Assembly: GCA_008932965.1 (NCBI GenBank)
Contig: WBXG01000058.1
Span: 1-11,296 of the forward strand
Origin: Verrucomicrobiota bacterium
GTDB taxonomy: Bacteria; Verrucomicrobiota; Verrucomicrobiia; Chthoniobacterales; UBA6821
Reading direction: 5' to 3'
DNA length: 11,296 nt
Shown piece by piece: positions 1-8,306 of this stretch. The position numbers and the translations under genes were made by a program. The notes beneath the pieces were generated by a model. The model was not told the origin of the DNA. It was given only the letters and a program-made list of their open reading frames with translations, and did no database searches. Within the stretch, counting starts at the first letter, position 1, and each line of letters begins with the position of its first letter.

Positions 1-123
1 TGCGTTAATCTCGAAGTCTTCCTCGGGCAGTAGGATACAGTCTTCGTTAGACTTCATCACGTGCCTTACCCCATCAGCCTTCGTGGCCTCCTCATCATGA
101 TCAGTATGAAATATCTGGGTTAA
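1..123 (+). repeat. Copy A of the ~180-bp palindromic MITE-like repeat family (left part cut off by the window edge)
   Basis: Positions 13-34 (GAAGTCTTCCTCGGGCAGTAGG) are identical to 11082-11103 inside copy G. The reverse complement of 69-123 matches 9604-9658 (copy D) at 48 of 55 positions by hand alignment. The copy ends with the terminal motif GATCAGTATGAAATATCTGGG followed by TTAA (99-123). Confidence 0.8.
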
Positions 124-201
124 ACCGCCTATTTCATACCGATTCTGCTGCAGCTTGCAAACACCTGATGGATACTGCGTCAGTCTCGAATTGTTCCTCG
201 G
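120..201 (+). repeat. Copy B, a single-arm (half) copy of the same repeat, sharing the TTAA at 120-123 with copy A
   Basis: TTAA-ACCGCCTATTTCATACCGATTCTGCTGCAG...GATGGATACTGCG...CTCGAATTGTTCCTCGG aligns with the left arm of copy G (11013-11098). Similarity stops at the centre of the palindrome, about 10 nt from the porin stop codon. Confidence 0.7.
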
Positions 202-211
202 TCTTGCCTTT

Positions 212-1738
212 TTAAAAAATAATCCCTGTTTGTAATCCTATGACCAGAGCATTAGGAATGCTGCCGAGTCCATTAGGGTTTACAATCCATTGCAGATCGG
301 GTTGAAGATAGAAAAAACGCGAGAAATTAATACGATAGCCCAATTCACTTACCATTTCATAAGAAGGGTATTGATTATTATTGGTTTCCTCGAAGGAAAT
401 ATAGTTAGAGCTAAAACCACCGTAACCAATACCAAATATAGTAAAATCATTTTTTCTACCCGGTATAAGTCCAGTATAAATGGCACCCCCTTTAGCTTGA
501 AATGTGATAATCGTATTTTCTATACTGGGGGTGTATCCGAACTCCGTCCAAAGTAATAATCCAGCATCTGTTAAGGGATTGGGACGATAAATAACCTGAT
601 CACCATGCCAGTAGAAGGCATAGGAGTTTGCAAGCGATGTATTACTTGCATACTGGGCCGTTCCCTCAGCACTGTAATAGGCACCAACAAAGTAATGGCC
701 AGGAAATCGTTTCATTTTGGAAACATCCACAGGCTCTTTAAAAGACTTGTCAGAGGATACCTCCTCTTGAGAGGTAAGGGATTTCTTTTTCTCTCTATTT
801 CCAAAAATCCAGGTGCTACCGGCTTTTCCAAACTCTGGATTCCAATCATACTGGGTAAAGTAGGAGGCTGCATCATTCGGATAAAAATTCCAATTCAAGC
901 CATTAATAGAAACATTAGTAATTTGGAAAATTCCAAATCGAAGTTCGGTATCATGTGTCATTAATATTTTCAGACGACTGGCCCAACTCGTATTTGGGTT
1001 CCATGTTGTTCTCAAGTTAGTGGGATTAGCTTGTAATGAGCCGACATAGTTAGAGAGCACCGGTGAGTTATCAAATTCATCCATAGCAGCAAAACGTCCG
1101 ATATTAAGATTGATACGGTCATGATAGAAAAGCTGTTGGTAGTAAAGGTTGACCCATTTAATAGTGGTTCCTCCAACAGAACCGTTAACTAGAAAGAAGT
1201 TACCAACATTTTTTGATGAAAGATTGTTTCTATCTCCTCCATCTTGTTGTTCAACACTCATGATGAAATGTCCTCCATGCCAGCCGAATAATTTCTCCGT
1301 ATCAATTAAGCTCGTAATTGCAATGTTATCAATGTAAGTGGACCCTTGAGGGTGAATGCCTCCTACAGGGTTCCCAGCAACGATGGAGGTATATGTCGCA
1401 GAAAAATCGATGCCATGTTTGCTTAATTGATCACGGGGACCACCAATAAAAAGAATGCTGCTGGAGGCAAATTCTAATTCTTTTACCGTGTGTGGCATTG
1501 CAGGCATTGTATTTTGAGGAGTGATCGGGCGCATGGCTGTAGAACGAGGATCAAAGAGCTCATTCATAAGATCCTCTTCTTCTTCATCAAATTTTGATCG
1601 AAGGATCGCTGTGGCCCTATTTAAAACTTCCCCTTTTTGCGCCATGAAAGAAGAGGTGCTTGGAGTTGGCTGAGCATCTTGATTGTTGAAATTAGCAGGA
1701 AGTGCAGCTGCTAAAAGAATGCAAAGCGGTACAATCAT
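212..1738 (-). CDS. Carbohydrate-selective porin, OprB family (outer-membrane beta-barrel)
   Basis: The ORF is 508 aa with a hydrophobic signal-like N-terminus (MIVPLCILLAAALPA). It carries motifs I recognise from OprB-family porins: GGPRDQLSKHGIDF, DTEKLFGWHGG, and near the C-terminus YLQPDLQWIVNPNG. It ends in a terminal Phe, typical of OMP barrels. All plus-strand ORFs inside it are short shadow ORFs. Confidence 0.8.
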   Translation of the reverse strand: MIVPLCILLAAALPANFNNQDAQPTPSTSSFMAQKGEVLNRATAILRSKFDEEEEDLMNELFDPRSTAMRPITPQNTMPAMPHTVKELEFASSSILFIGGPRDQLSKHGIDFSATYTSIVAGNPVGGIHPQGSTYIDNIAITSLIDTEKLFGWHGGHFIMSVEQQDGGDRNNLSSKNVGNFFLVNGSVGGTTIKWVNLYYQQLFYHDRINLNIGRFAAMDEFDNSPVLSNYVGSLQANPTNLRTTWNPNTSWASRLKILMTHDTELRFGIFQITNVSINGLNWNFYPNDAASYFTQYDWNPEFGKAGSTWIFGNREKKKSLTSQEEVSSDKSFKEPVDVSKMKRFPGHYFVGAYYSAEGTAQYASNTSLANSYAFYWHGDQVIYRPNPLTDAGLLLWTEFGYTPSIENTIITFQAKGGAIYTGLIPGRKNDFTIFGIGYGGFSSNYISFEETNNNQYPSYEMVSELGYRINFSRFFYLQPDLQWIVNPNGLGSIPNALVIGLQTGIIF

Positions 1739-1846
1739 AAAAAAAATAGATATGGGGTTTATAATGAAATTGACACAATGTGGCCTAACATCCTAACTCT
1801 GAATTAGCAAGAAAAAAATTAAAATGACCCGATTTTTATGGGTTAC

Positions 1847-2036
1847 TTAGGCCATATCTTTGATGCTCATCACCTACGAAAGCTGGGAAGCCAGAGTGAA
1901 TGCTGTGTTAGACTCCCATTTTTTACTTGGGCTATAAGAGGTGATACTCTCCCAATCACAATTCAAGATCATCGCAGCATCCATTTGACTTACCGGCCTT
2001 CGCAGGTGATTGGTATGAAATATCGGGGTATATTAG
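1847..2036 (+). repeat. Copy C, a full-length but degenerate copy in the divergent porin/dehydrogenase intergenic region
   Basis: The left arm (1852-1907) aligns with the left arm of copy H (11187-11245). The reverse complement of the right arm (1970-2028) reads GATATTTCATACCAATCACCTGCGAAGGCCGGTAAGTCAAATGGATGCTGCG, which matches the left arm of copy G and pairs with its own left arm. TTAG is present at both outer borders (1847-1850 and 2033-2036). Confidence 0.75.
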
Positions 2037-2055
2037 GCTTCGCTGCAAGAAGTGC

Positions 2056-2084
2056 TTGAACAGAAGAGGTTCGATGTTTATAAA
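2056..2084 (+). promoter_or_regulatory. Candidate sigma70-type promoter for the dehydrogenase operon (TTGAAC - 17 nt - TATAAA)
   Basis: TTGAAC lies at 2056-2061 and TATAAA at 2079-2084, with an exact 17-nt spacer. This is about 34 nt upstream of the ATG at 2118. It falls inside the GTG-started N-terminal extension proposed by the ORF track, which argues against that extension. Motif match only, with no experimental support. Confidence 0.4.
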
Positions 2085-2117
2085 CCTGCAGCAGTTTTAT
2101 TATTTTTACCTATTCTC

Positions 2118-3191
2118 ATGCAATTTTTTAATCATAACGAATTTGACAACCACGAACACGTTTCTTTCTTCAGTTGTCCTAAAACAGGTCTTAAAGCCAT
2201 TATTGCCATTCACAATACCAATCTTGGGCCGGCGCTGGGTGGATGTCGTATGTGGAACTACAATAATGATGAAGAGGCTTTGTATGATGTTCTTCGTCTT
2301 TCTAAAGGAATGACTTATAAGGCTGCACTGGCCGATATTCCTCTCGGTGGTGGAAAATCAGTGATTATTGGGGATCCCAAACGAGAAAAAACACCTGAGT
2401 TAATGGAAAGCATGGGAAGGGCAGTTGAAAGCCTAGGAGGTAGATACATTGTTGCTGAAGATGTAGGGACCTGTGTTGATGATATGAATCATTTGAGTAA
2501 AGAGACTCGCTATGTCACAGGGGTTCTCCAAAATAACAAAGGGTCAGGCGATCCTTCACCTACAACAGCCTATGGAGTTTTTCTTGGTTTCATTCCTGCT
2601 GTGAAGCACCGTCTCCAAAAAGAGAGTCTTCGGGGTTTGACTGTCTCAGTGCAAGGTTTAGGACATGTAGGGTATTATTTGTGTAAATTTCTCCATGAGG
2701 AGGGAGTCAAACTTTATGTTTGTGATATTGACGATGATAAGGTGGATGCTGTTGTCCAAGAATTTGGGGCCATAGCTCTACCTTTTAATGAAATTTACGA
2801 TGTCAAAGCTGATATTTTTGCACCGTGTGCCTTAGGTGGAATTCTTAATGATGAAACGATCAAACGTCTTAAAGTAAGTATAGTGGCAGGTGCTGCTAAT
2901 AATCCCTTAGAGGCGCCACACCATGGCCCCATGCTCAGCGATCGAGGTATCCTCTATGCTCCTGATTATGTAATTAATGCTGCTGGTCTAATGCGTGTTT
3001 ATCATGAGTATGCAGCGAATCAAGGCTCTCTATTTTCCGAGGAGCTTATTTTAGAGCAAGTAAGAAAAATCCCTAAAAAACTCGAAATGATTTTTGACTA
3101 TGCCGACAAAAATGGTATTTCCACAGCAACTGCCGCCGATGCCTTGGCGGAACAAATTTTCAAAAAACATTCTATAAAAAAAGCAGGGTAA
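2118..3191 (+). CDS. Leucine dehydrogenase-like enzyme (Glu/Leu/Phe/Val dehydrogenase family; Leu/Val/Phe specificity not resolvable here)
   Basis: From Met23 of the tracked ORF, the sequence MQFFNHNEFDNHEHVSFFSCPKTGLKAIIAIHNTNLGPALGGCRMW...GMTYKAALADIPLGGGKSVIIGDP is colinear from residue 1 with the Bacillus LeuDH N-terminus as I remember it. That includes the catalytic-Lys GGGK motif. There is also a GLGHVG Rossmann motif. I moved the start from 2052 (GTG) to 2118 (ATG). Confidence 0.9.
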   Translation: MQFFNHNEFDNHEHVSFFSCPKTGLKAIIAIHNTNLGPALGGCRMWNYNNDEEALYDVLRLSKGMTYKAALADIPLGGGKSVIIGDPKREKTPELMESMGRAVESLGGRYIVAEDVGTCVDDMNHLSKETRYVTGVLQNNKGSGDPSPTTAYGVFLGFIPAVKHRLQKESLRGLTVSVQGLGHVGYYLCKFLHEEGVKLYVCDIDDDKVDAVVQEFGAIALPFNEIYDVKADIFAPCALGGILNDETIKRLKVSIVAGAANNPLEAPHHGPMLSDRGILYAPDYVINAAGLMRVYHEYAANQGSLFSEELILEQVRKIPKKLEMIFDYADKNGISTATAADALAEQIFKKHSIKKAG

Positions 3192-3198
3192 CCTACTC

Positions 3199-4311
3199 AT
3201 GCCGCTTCACTCCAAAAAATTATCCGACCATTCTGAAATCAGTCTTGGTGACGAAGTGGCCTTGAGGGTTGTAGATGTTGCTTTTGGAGGGAGTGGAATT
3301 GGTCGCATCAATGAAATGGCTTGTTTTACAAAAGGAGTTATTGATGGGGAAGAGGTGCGTGCTCGCATTACACGCAAAAAGTCACGCTTTTTAGAAGCAA
3401 CTGTTGTAACAATTGAACAACAATCTCCTCATCGTCGACAGCCGCCATGTCCTTATTTTCTTAAGTGTGGAGGCTGTGCCTATCAGCATATCGATTATTC
3501 TCATCAACTGAAAATAAAAGAGAAGCAGCTGCATGATGCCTTCGAGCGCCTTGGTGGAATTGAGAATCCGCCAGTCAAGGCAATGATTCCTTCTCCAGAG
3601 CCATTCTATTATCGAAATCGTATTACGGTACATGTTAGAAATGGAGTCCTCGGATTTTTTAAGGAAAAGGGGAATGAAGTGATTGAGATTCAGAGCTGTT
3701 GTATTGCATCAAAAGAAGTGAATCAATCTCTTCATAAATTAAGATCTCAACATCCTATAGATGGGGATTACCTGCTTGGCGAAAAAGAACGCTATGGTGG
3801 TTTCCGACAAGTAAATAATGAAGTTGCTAAGATTTTACTTCAAGAGATGAAACGTTACGCAGGTAGTGGAGAGGTGCTTATTGATGCCTATTGTGGATCA
3901 GGTTTTTTCTCCCACGCTCTTGCTCCTCTCTTTTCCAAGGTGATTGGAATAGAACGATCTCAAGGATCGATTATTCTAGCTCGGCAAGAGGCAGCTTCTC
4001 ACGAAATATTTGAAGAAGGGAGTGTTGAAGAGATGCTTCCAAAAAAATTACAAGAGGCTTCTCTTTTGGATACTACCTTGATCCTGGATCCCCCTTCTGA
4101 GGGGCTTTCAGAGCTAGTCATTCAATCGATTTTAAATTTCCCTCCTGCGAAAATTGTGTATGTTTCCTGCAACCCAGGAACACTTGCCCGTGATAGCAAA
4201 AGGCTTTCGCTTCATTATCAACTACAGGAATCGACACCGCTGGATATGTTTCCCCAAACAGCTGAAATAGAATCTATTAATTTATTAACACGTCATGTTA
4301 CCCTTCATTAA
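3199..4311 (+). CDS. TrmA/RumA-family RNA (uracil-5)-methyltransferase with TRAM domain and 4-Cys Fe-S site
   Basis: There is an N-terminal TRAM-like segment, then the Cys cluster CPYFLKCGGCAYQH plus a downstream SCC. The SAM motif is DAYCGSGFF, followed by ILDPP and the catalytic-Cys motif YVSCNPGTLARD. At 370 aa it is shorter than E. coli RlmD, so the exact RNA target is not assigned. Confidence 0.85.
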   Translation: MPLHSKKLSDHSEISLGDEVALRVVDVAFGGSGIGRINEMACFTKGVIDGEEVRARITRKKSRFLEATVVTIEQQSPHRRQPPCPYFLKCGGCAYQHIDYSHQLKIKEKQLHDAFERLGGIENPPVKAMIPSPEPFYYRNRITVHVRNGVLGFFKEKGNEVIEIQSCCIASKEVNQSLHKLRSQHPIDGDYLLGEKERYGGFRQVNNEVAKILLQEMKRYAGSGEVLIDAYCGSGFFSHALAPLFSKVIGIERSQGSIILARQEAASHEIFEEGSVEEMLPKKLQEASLLDTTLILDPPSEGLSELVIQSILNFPPAKIVYVSCNPGTLARDSKRLSLHYQLQESTPLDMFPQTAEIESINLLTRHVTLH

Positions 4312-5197
4312 TTTATCTGGTTACCATTTCCTACCATTAAAAAACCTTCCAGAATTAAAAGAAAACTTAGAATCCCTCTGTGCTAATCATGATTTGAAAG
4401 GGACTATTTTACTCTCGTTAGAGGGGATTAATTTTTTTGTAGCAGGAGGTAGATCAGCCACAGATCAACTGCTCGCGGAGTTACGCTCAATTCCTGGATG
4501 TTCTGCACTGGAAGTCAAGGAGAGTGAAAGTTCCACTCAGCCATTTCGGCGCATGCTAATAAAAATTAAAAAAGAGATTATCTCTTTTGGTGTGGAGGGA
4601 ATTGATCCTGCTTCTAACCCTGCCCCAAAACTTCCTCCCAAAAAATTAAAAGAGTGGCTTGATGCCAAAAAGCCAGTAGTTCTTCTTGATACTCGTAATG
4701 ATTATGAGGTCCGCATGGGAACCTTCCAGGGAGCCCTTCCGGCAGGGATTCAACATTTTCGTGATTTCCCAGAAGCTGTTAAAAAATTCCCCGAAGTGTT
4801 GAAAGAAGCAACGGTAGTTACTTTTTGTACGGGTGGTATTCGTTGTGAAAAAGCAGCTCCCTTGATGGAGAGAGAGGGTTTCAAAAATATTTTTCAACTT
4901 GATGGAGGAATTCTTAATTATTTCAAAGAGTGTGGCGATGCTCATTATGAAGGGGAATGTTTTGTTTTTGATAAAAGAGTCTGTCTTGATCCAGATCTCC
5001 AAGAGACAAAATCATTTATCTGTTTTAAATGCCAGATGCCATTGAAAGAGGAAGATCAAGCACACCCTCATTACAAGGTAGATGTGAGTTGCCCCTATTG
5101 CGTTGGCCGAGAGAAAAAAAAGAAAGCTCCCAATACACGCAAGACCAGACGACTCAAGCTTCTTCGTATGAGTGCAAATCAAAAGCTCCAAGAGTAA
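4295..5197 (+). CDS. trhO: tRNA uridine(34) hydroxylase TrhO (rhodanese-domain protein, UPF0176/YceA family)
   Basis: It has a rhodanese active-site loop FCTGGIRCEKA preceded by LLDTRNDYE, and a C-terminal CxxC...CxxC zinc-ribbon-like pair (CFKC...CPYC). The start overlaps the upstream gene by 17 nt (4295-4311). Confidence 0.85.
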   Translation: MLPFINLSGYHFLPLKNLPELKENLESLCANHDLKGTILLSLEGINFFVAGGRSATDQLLAELRSIPGCSALEVKESESSTQPFRRMLIKIKKEIISFGVEGIDPASNPAPKLPPKKLKEWLDAKKPVVLLDTRNDYEVRMGTFQGALPAGIQHFRDFPEAVKKFPEVLKEATVVTFCTGGIRCEKAAPLMEREGFKNIFQLDGGILNYFKECGDAHYEGECFVFDKRVCLDPDLQETKSFICFKCQMPLKEEDQAHPHYKVDVSCPYCVGREKKKKAPNTRKTRRLKLLRMSANQKLQE

Positions 5198-5202
5198 TAG
5201 CA

Positions 5203-5772
5203 ATGCCCTCTTTCTTAACGCAGCATTCCTCAGGCTTGCCGGCTTACGCAGGTGATGAGCATGAAGTATCCGGGGGTGCTTCGCTCTGCAGTTCCTGTGG
5301 CCTTTGTTGTAATGGTGTCTTGTTTGATACGGTACATCTCCAGTCCTCTGATTCGCCTCAGGAGCTCAAGGCATTAGGGATGCATGTTAAACACAAAAAA
5401 AAATATGATTTTTTTGATCAACCTTGTTCTTCATTTAAAGCCCAGTGCTGTTCCATTTATAAGCAGCGCCCCGAGCGTTGTCGGCTTTTTGAATGTCAGC
5501 AACTCAAACGTCTTGCTGCAGGAGAAACAACAGTAGAAAAAGCTTTGGAAATGATTGAGGAGGCCATTTCCAAAGTTGTGAATATACAAAGATTGCTTCA
5601 CTATTCTGGAAAACTGAATCCCAAAAAAAGACTTTCTCAGCAGTACGAAAAAGTGATAGCTGAACCATTGAACAATTTCTCTAATCCCCATGCATTAGAA
5701 AACCGAGCCCAGCTTGTACTAGCTTTTGAAGAACTTCAGAAATTTCTTGATGCTCAATTTCGACTTTCATGA
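5203..5772 (+). CDS. YkgJ-type cysteine-cluster protein (CxxCxxCC putative Zn/Fe-chelating domain, UPF0153)
   Basis: CSSCGLCCNGVLF is followed by CSSFKAQCCSIYKQRPERCRLFEC, the pattern of the CxxCxxCC family. I chose the start at Met59 of the tracked ORF (ATG 5203), 5 nt after the trhO stop. The upstream 58 codons overlap trhO in another frame and are low-complexity. Confidence 0.7.
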   Translation: MPSFLTQHSSGLPAYAGDEHEVSGGASLCSSCGLCCNGVLFDTVHLQSSDSPQELKALGMHVKHKKKYDFFDQPCSSFKAQCCSIYKQRPERCRLFECQQLKRLAAGETTVEKALEMIEEAISKVVNIQRLLHYSGKLNPKKRLSQQYEKVIAEPLNNFSNPHALENRAQLVLAFEELQKFLDAQFRLS

Positions 5773-6485
5773 AATCTATAATCTCACGCACTCTTTTTTT
5801 TCTCTCTTTTTTTGGGGCATCCTTGCTTTTGGCAAATACACCTTCAAAAATGTATTTTTTAAATCCAAGTTCTTGGAATTTTCATCAAATCATTCCATCA
5901 CCAGCTACCAAAACACCCGAAGGTGAGGCAAGAGATATCAATTTTTTAAAGGACACCATGGCTGCACGTACTAAGAAGCAGCTTTTTCGTGCTCTCATTG
6001 CCTCTTCGGATAGTATTTTTGATTACAGTCCCATCATCAGTCCGGCATTTAATGCAAACCAGCTTCCTTACTCCACTGGGATTTTTAAAGAGGTTAAAAG
6101 TGATACGGATAAGGCAATTCATATTGCAAAAAATGAATTTCATCGCTCCCATCCTACGACCTGGAGCGAAACAAAAAAAAATGGAACTAAAATTAGTGGC
6201 TATTCTTATCCCAGTGGTCATTCCACGCGTGCTTTTGTTTGGGCAGGTTTGTTAACCGATCTTTTTCCCAAAAAAAGAAAAGAGATAGAAATAGAGGCAC
6301 GTACGAAGGCTTGGAATAGAGTGATCTTGGGACGTCACTATCCAGATGATGTCTACGCTGGTGAAGTCTATGGGCAATTTTTAGCTCGCCAATTTCTAGC
6401 CAATCCCATTTTTCAAAGGGAATGGATGTTGATTAAAGAGGAAATTAACAATGCCGGTATAAGGTCCCTCTCTTCCAATAATTAA
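5769..6485 (+). CDS. Exported PAP2-superfamily phosphatase (class-A acid-phosphatase-like)
   Basis: There is a signal peptide (MKSIISRTLFFLSFFGASLLLA). The three PAP2 motifs are KNEFHRSHP, YPSGHS and NRVILGRHYPDD. The start forms an ATGA overlap with the upstream gene (5769-5772). Confidence 0.8.
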   Translation: MKSIISRTLFFLSFFGASLLLANTPSKMYFLNPSSWNFHQIIPSPATKTPEGEARDINFLKDTMAARTKKQLFRALIASSDSIFDYSPIISPAFNANQLPYSTGIFKEVKSDTDKAIHIAKNEFHRSHPTTWSETKKNGTKISGYSYPSGHSTRAFVWAGLLTDLFPKKRKEIEIEARTKAWNRVILGRHYPDDVYAGEVYGQFLARQFLANPIFQREWMLIKEEINNAGIRSLSSNN

Positions 6486-6598
6486 AAAACAGGATATTTC
6501 ATTCCTTTTAGAGAATAGAAATTTCTACGCAAGGAGCCCCTTTTTTATGATGTCATACAAAAGCTTCCCATATTGAAACCAGAAGTTACATTTCCAGA

Positions 6599-7693
6599 AT
6601 GCTACAAATTTTCAAAAAGGGAGTGGTTTTTCTTTCTCTCCTGCTCCTTGCTTTAATTTTTTTTCTAATCGTTGGTGTTAATAGCTATCTTATTTTTTCT
6701 AATCTCAAGGAACAATTAGCGCAACGTCTCCAGGCCTCCCTTGGAAAGAAACCTCAAGTTGGTTTGATTTACTTCCTTCCTTGGTCGGGACTTCATGTAA
6801 AAAGCATCACTTTAGTTGATTCCATGCATCGCTATTCGTTGGAAGCATCATCGATTAATTTTGGGATAGGGAGTATCGTGAATGTTTGTAAAAATAATGA
6901 CACTTGGGTAGGGGAGTTGCAAATCAACCAAATTCTTTTAGATGAACGCCCTGTTTTTAAGAAAATCACAATAGAGATAATTAAAAAAAGTGGGAGTTTT
7001 TCTCTTAATCCATTGATTGCATCATTTTTTGATGGAACTCTTCAAGGAACCTTCCTGATAGAAAAAAACAAGGAGAATTTATATCGCTATGAAGGAAGTT
7101 TCTCTCTGATCAATGCCTCCCTTCAAAAATTACTTTCAGGAACATCATTTCAAAAAAAAGTGAACTCTGGTTTCCTTCAAGGAACTAGTTGCTTTTCAGG
7201 AATAGCTGGAAATCCTCAATCATTTCATGGATCAGGCACGCTCCAGTTAGTTAATGCTGAGTTTAAAACAGCTGATTATGGGGGGGCTTTGAGCCGTCTT
7301 TTTTCTATTGAAGAACTGCAGCTTTTAAAACTTCGTGATGCAAAAACTAGCTATACCTTCTCCTTGAATTCTCTTCATCTTGATTCAGCACGACTTCAAT
7401 CAAATAATATGCTCCTTACCACCCACGGAACTATTTCATTTCAAGGAGAAGTAGCTTTAGATGCGGAGTTAATACTGAGCGGAAAATATGCTACCTATAT
7501 GAAAAGTCTGCTCCCTCAAGACCTTCTCTCTCTGGTGAGCCAGCAGGGGAATTGCAACATTCCTTTTAAAATCTTTGGTTCCTTTGCTCATCTAAAAAGT
7601 AATTTTTTAGAAAAAATCTTAGTTCCTCAAATTCCAAATAATCTTGGAGGAGCTTTACAACAGCTGCTTAATTCTTCAATAAAGCTTCAGTAA
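6599..7693 (+). CDS. Membrane-anchored protein of unknown function, possibly AsmA-like (AsmA_2-type C-terminus)
   Basis: The ORF is 364 aa with one N-terminal TM helix (VVFLSLLLLALIFFLIVGV). The beta-rich body has G-T-L-Q-G repeat-like segments. The C-terminal IPFKIFGSFAHLKSNF resembles the (I/V)P(V/L)x(I/V)xGTxxxPK end of AsmA/TamB-like proteins. The family call rests on motif memory only. Confidence 0.55.
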   Translation: MLQIFKKGVVFLSLLLLALIFFLIVGVNSYLIFSNLKEQLAQRLQASLGKKPQVGLIYFLPWSGLHVKSITLVDSMHRYSLEASSINFGIGSIVNVCKNNDTWVGELQINQILLDERPVFKKITIEIIKKSGSFSLNPLIASFFDGTLQGTFLIEKNKENLYRYEGSFSLINASLQKLLSGTSFQKKVNSGFLQGTSCFSGIAGNPQSFHGSGTLQLVNAEFKTADYGGALSRLFSIEELQLLKLRDAKTSYTFSLNSLHLDSARLQSNNMLLTTHGTISFQGEVALDAELILSGKYATYMKSLLPQDLLSLVSQQGNCNIPFKIFGSFAHLKSNFLEKILVPQIPNNLGGALQQLLNSSIKLQ

Positions 7694-7736
7694 ATTTTTC
7701 TATGATCTAAAGCGAGTAGACTTTAGGCTCCTCTCT

Positions 7737-8306
7737 ATGCGCGTTATTGCTGGATCAGCCAAAGGTATTCTTCTCAAAAAGCCAACATCTTTTCTCCGTC
7801 CTACTATGGATCGAGTTCGAGCAGCTATTTTTTCGATTCTAGGGGAGCGGGTTCCCTATGCTTCTGTTCTTGATCTTTGTTCTGGAACTGGTGCCATGGG
7901 CATTGAGGCTCTAAGTCGTGGAGCAGCTGATGCGACTTTGGTGGACAATAATACGCGGTCTATTGAAGCTATTAAAAATAACCTTACCACTACGCGATTG
8001 AAGGCTCAGGTGGAACACATGGACTCACTTGCCTATCTCAAACGTATTTCAGGAGCTTTTGTTTTTGATCTTATTTTTGCAGATCCTCCTTACGCTGATG
8101 ACCAGGGAAATAATCTTGCTGCCTCATTATTAGAATCTCCATTTCTAATCGGTGCCATGGCCCCAGAGGCTCTTTTTATCTTAGAATGCGAACACAAGCA
8201 ATCTCTTCCAGGAATTTGTGGGCTAGAGATTTTAATTGATCGCACCTATGGAGCGACTCGTATTTTAATCATGAAAAAGAATGAAGGAGTAACTTCGAAG
8301 AAATGA
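7737..8306 (+). CDS. rsmD: 16S rRNA (guanine966-N2)-methyltransferase RsmD
   Basis: MRVIAGSAKG...LRPTMDRVRAAIFSIL, the SAM motif DLCSGTGAMGIEALSRGA and the catalytic DPPY, in 189 aa, form the typical RsmD layout. Confidence 0.85.
   Translation: MRVIAGSAKGILLKKPTSFLRPTMDRVRAAIFSILGERVPYASVLDLCSGTGAMGIEALSRGAADATLVDNNTRSIEAIKNNLTTTRLKAQVEHMDSLAYLKRISGAFVFDLIFADPPYADDQGNNLAASLLESPFLIGAMAPEALFILECEHKQSLPGICGLEILIDRTYGATRILIMKKNEGVTSKK

Noticed and set aside
1838-2059. 73-aa plus-strand ORF between the porin and the dehydrogenase
   Set aside because: It lies entirely within repeat copy C. The other copies carry indels that break the frame, so the open frame is incidental and not a conserved coding sequence.
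2052-2117. GTG-initiated 22-residue N-terminal extension of the dehydrogenase
   Set aside because: The family N-terminus aligns from the ATG at 2118. The extension is hydrophobic filler and contains a good -35/-10 pair (2056-2084).
5029-5202. 58-codon upstream extension of the CxxCxxCC protein
   Set aside because: It overlaps the conserved zinc-ribbon end of trhO in another frame and has a low-complexity composition. The ATG at 5203, directly after the trhO stop, gives a compact and sensible gene.
6483-6505. TTAA-AAAAC-AGGATATTTCAT directly after the PAP2 stop, resembling a repeat terminus
   Set aside because: Only an 11-nt core (GGATATTTCAT) matches and nothing beyond it aligns. It may be an eroded solo terminus but is too short to call.
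7707-7726. Small hairpin CTAAAG-N8-CTTTAG after the AsmA-like gene as a terminator
   Set aside because: The stem is 6 bp and AT-rich with no U-tract. The gap to rsmD is only 43 nt, so read-through into rsmD-waaA is more likely.
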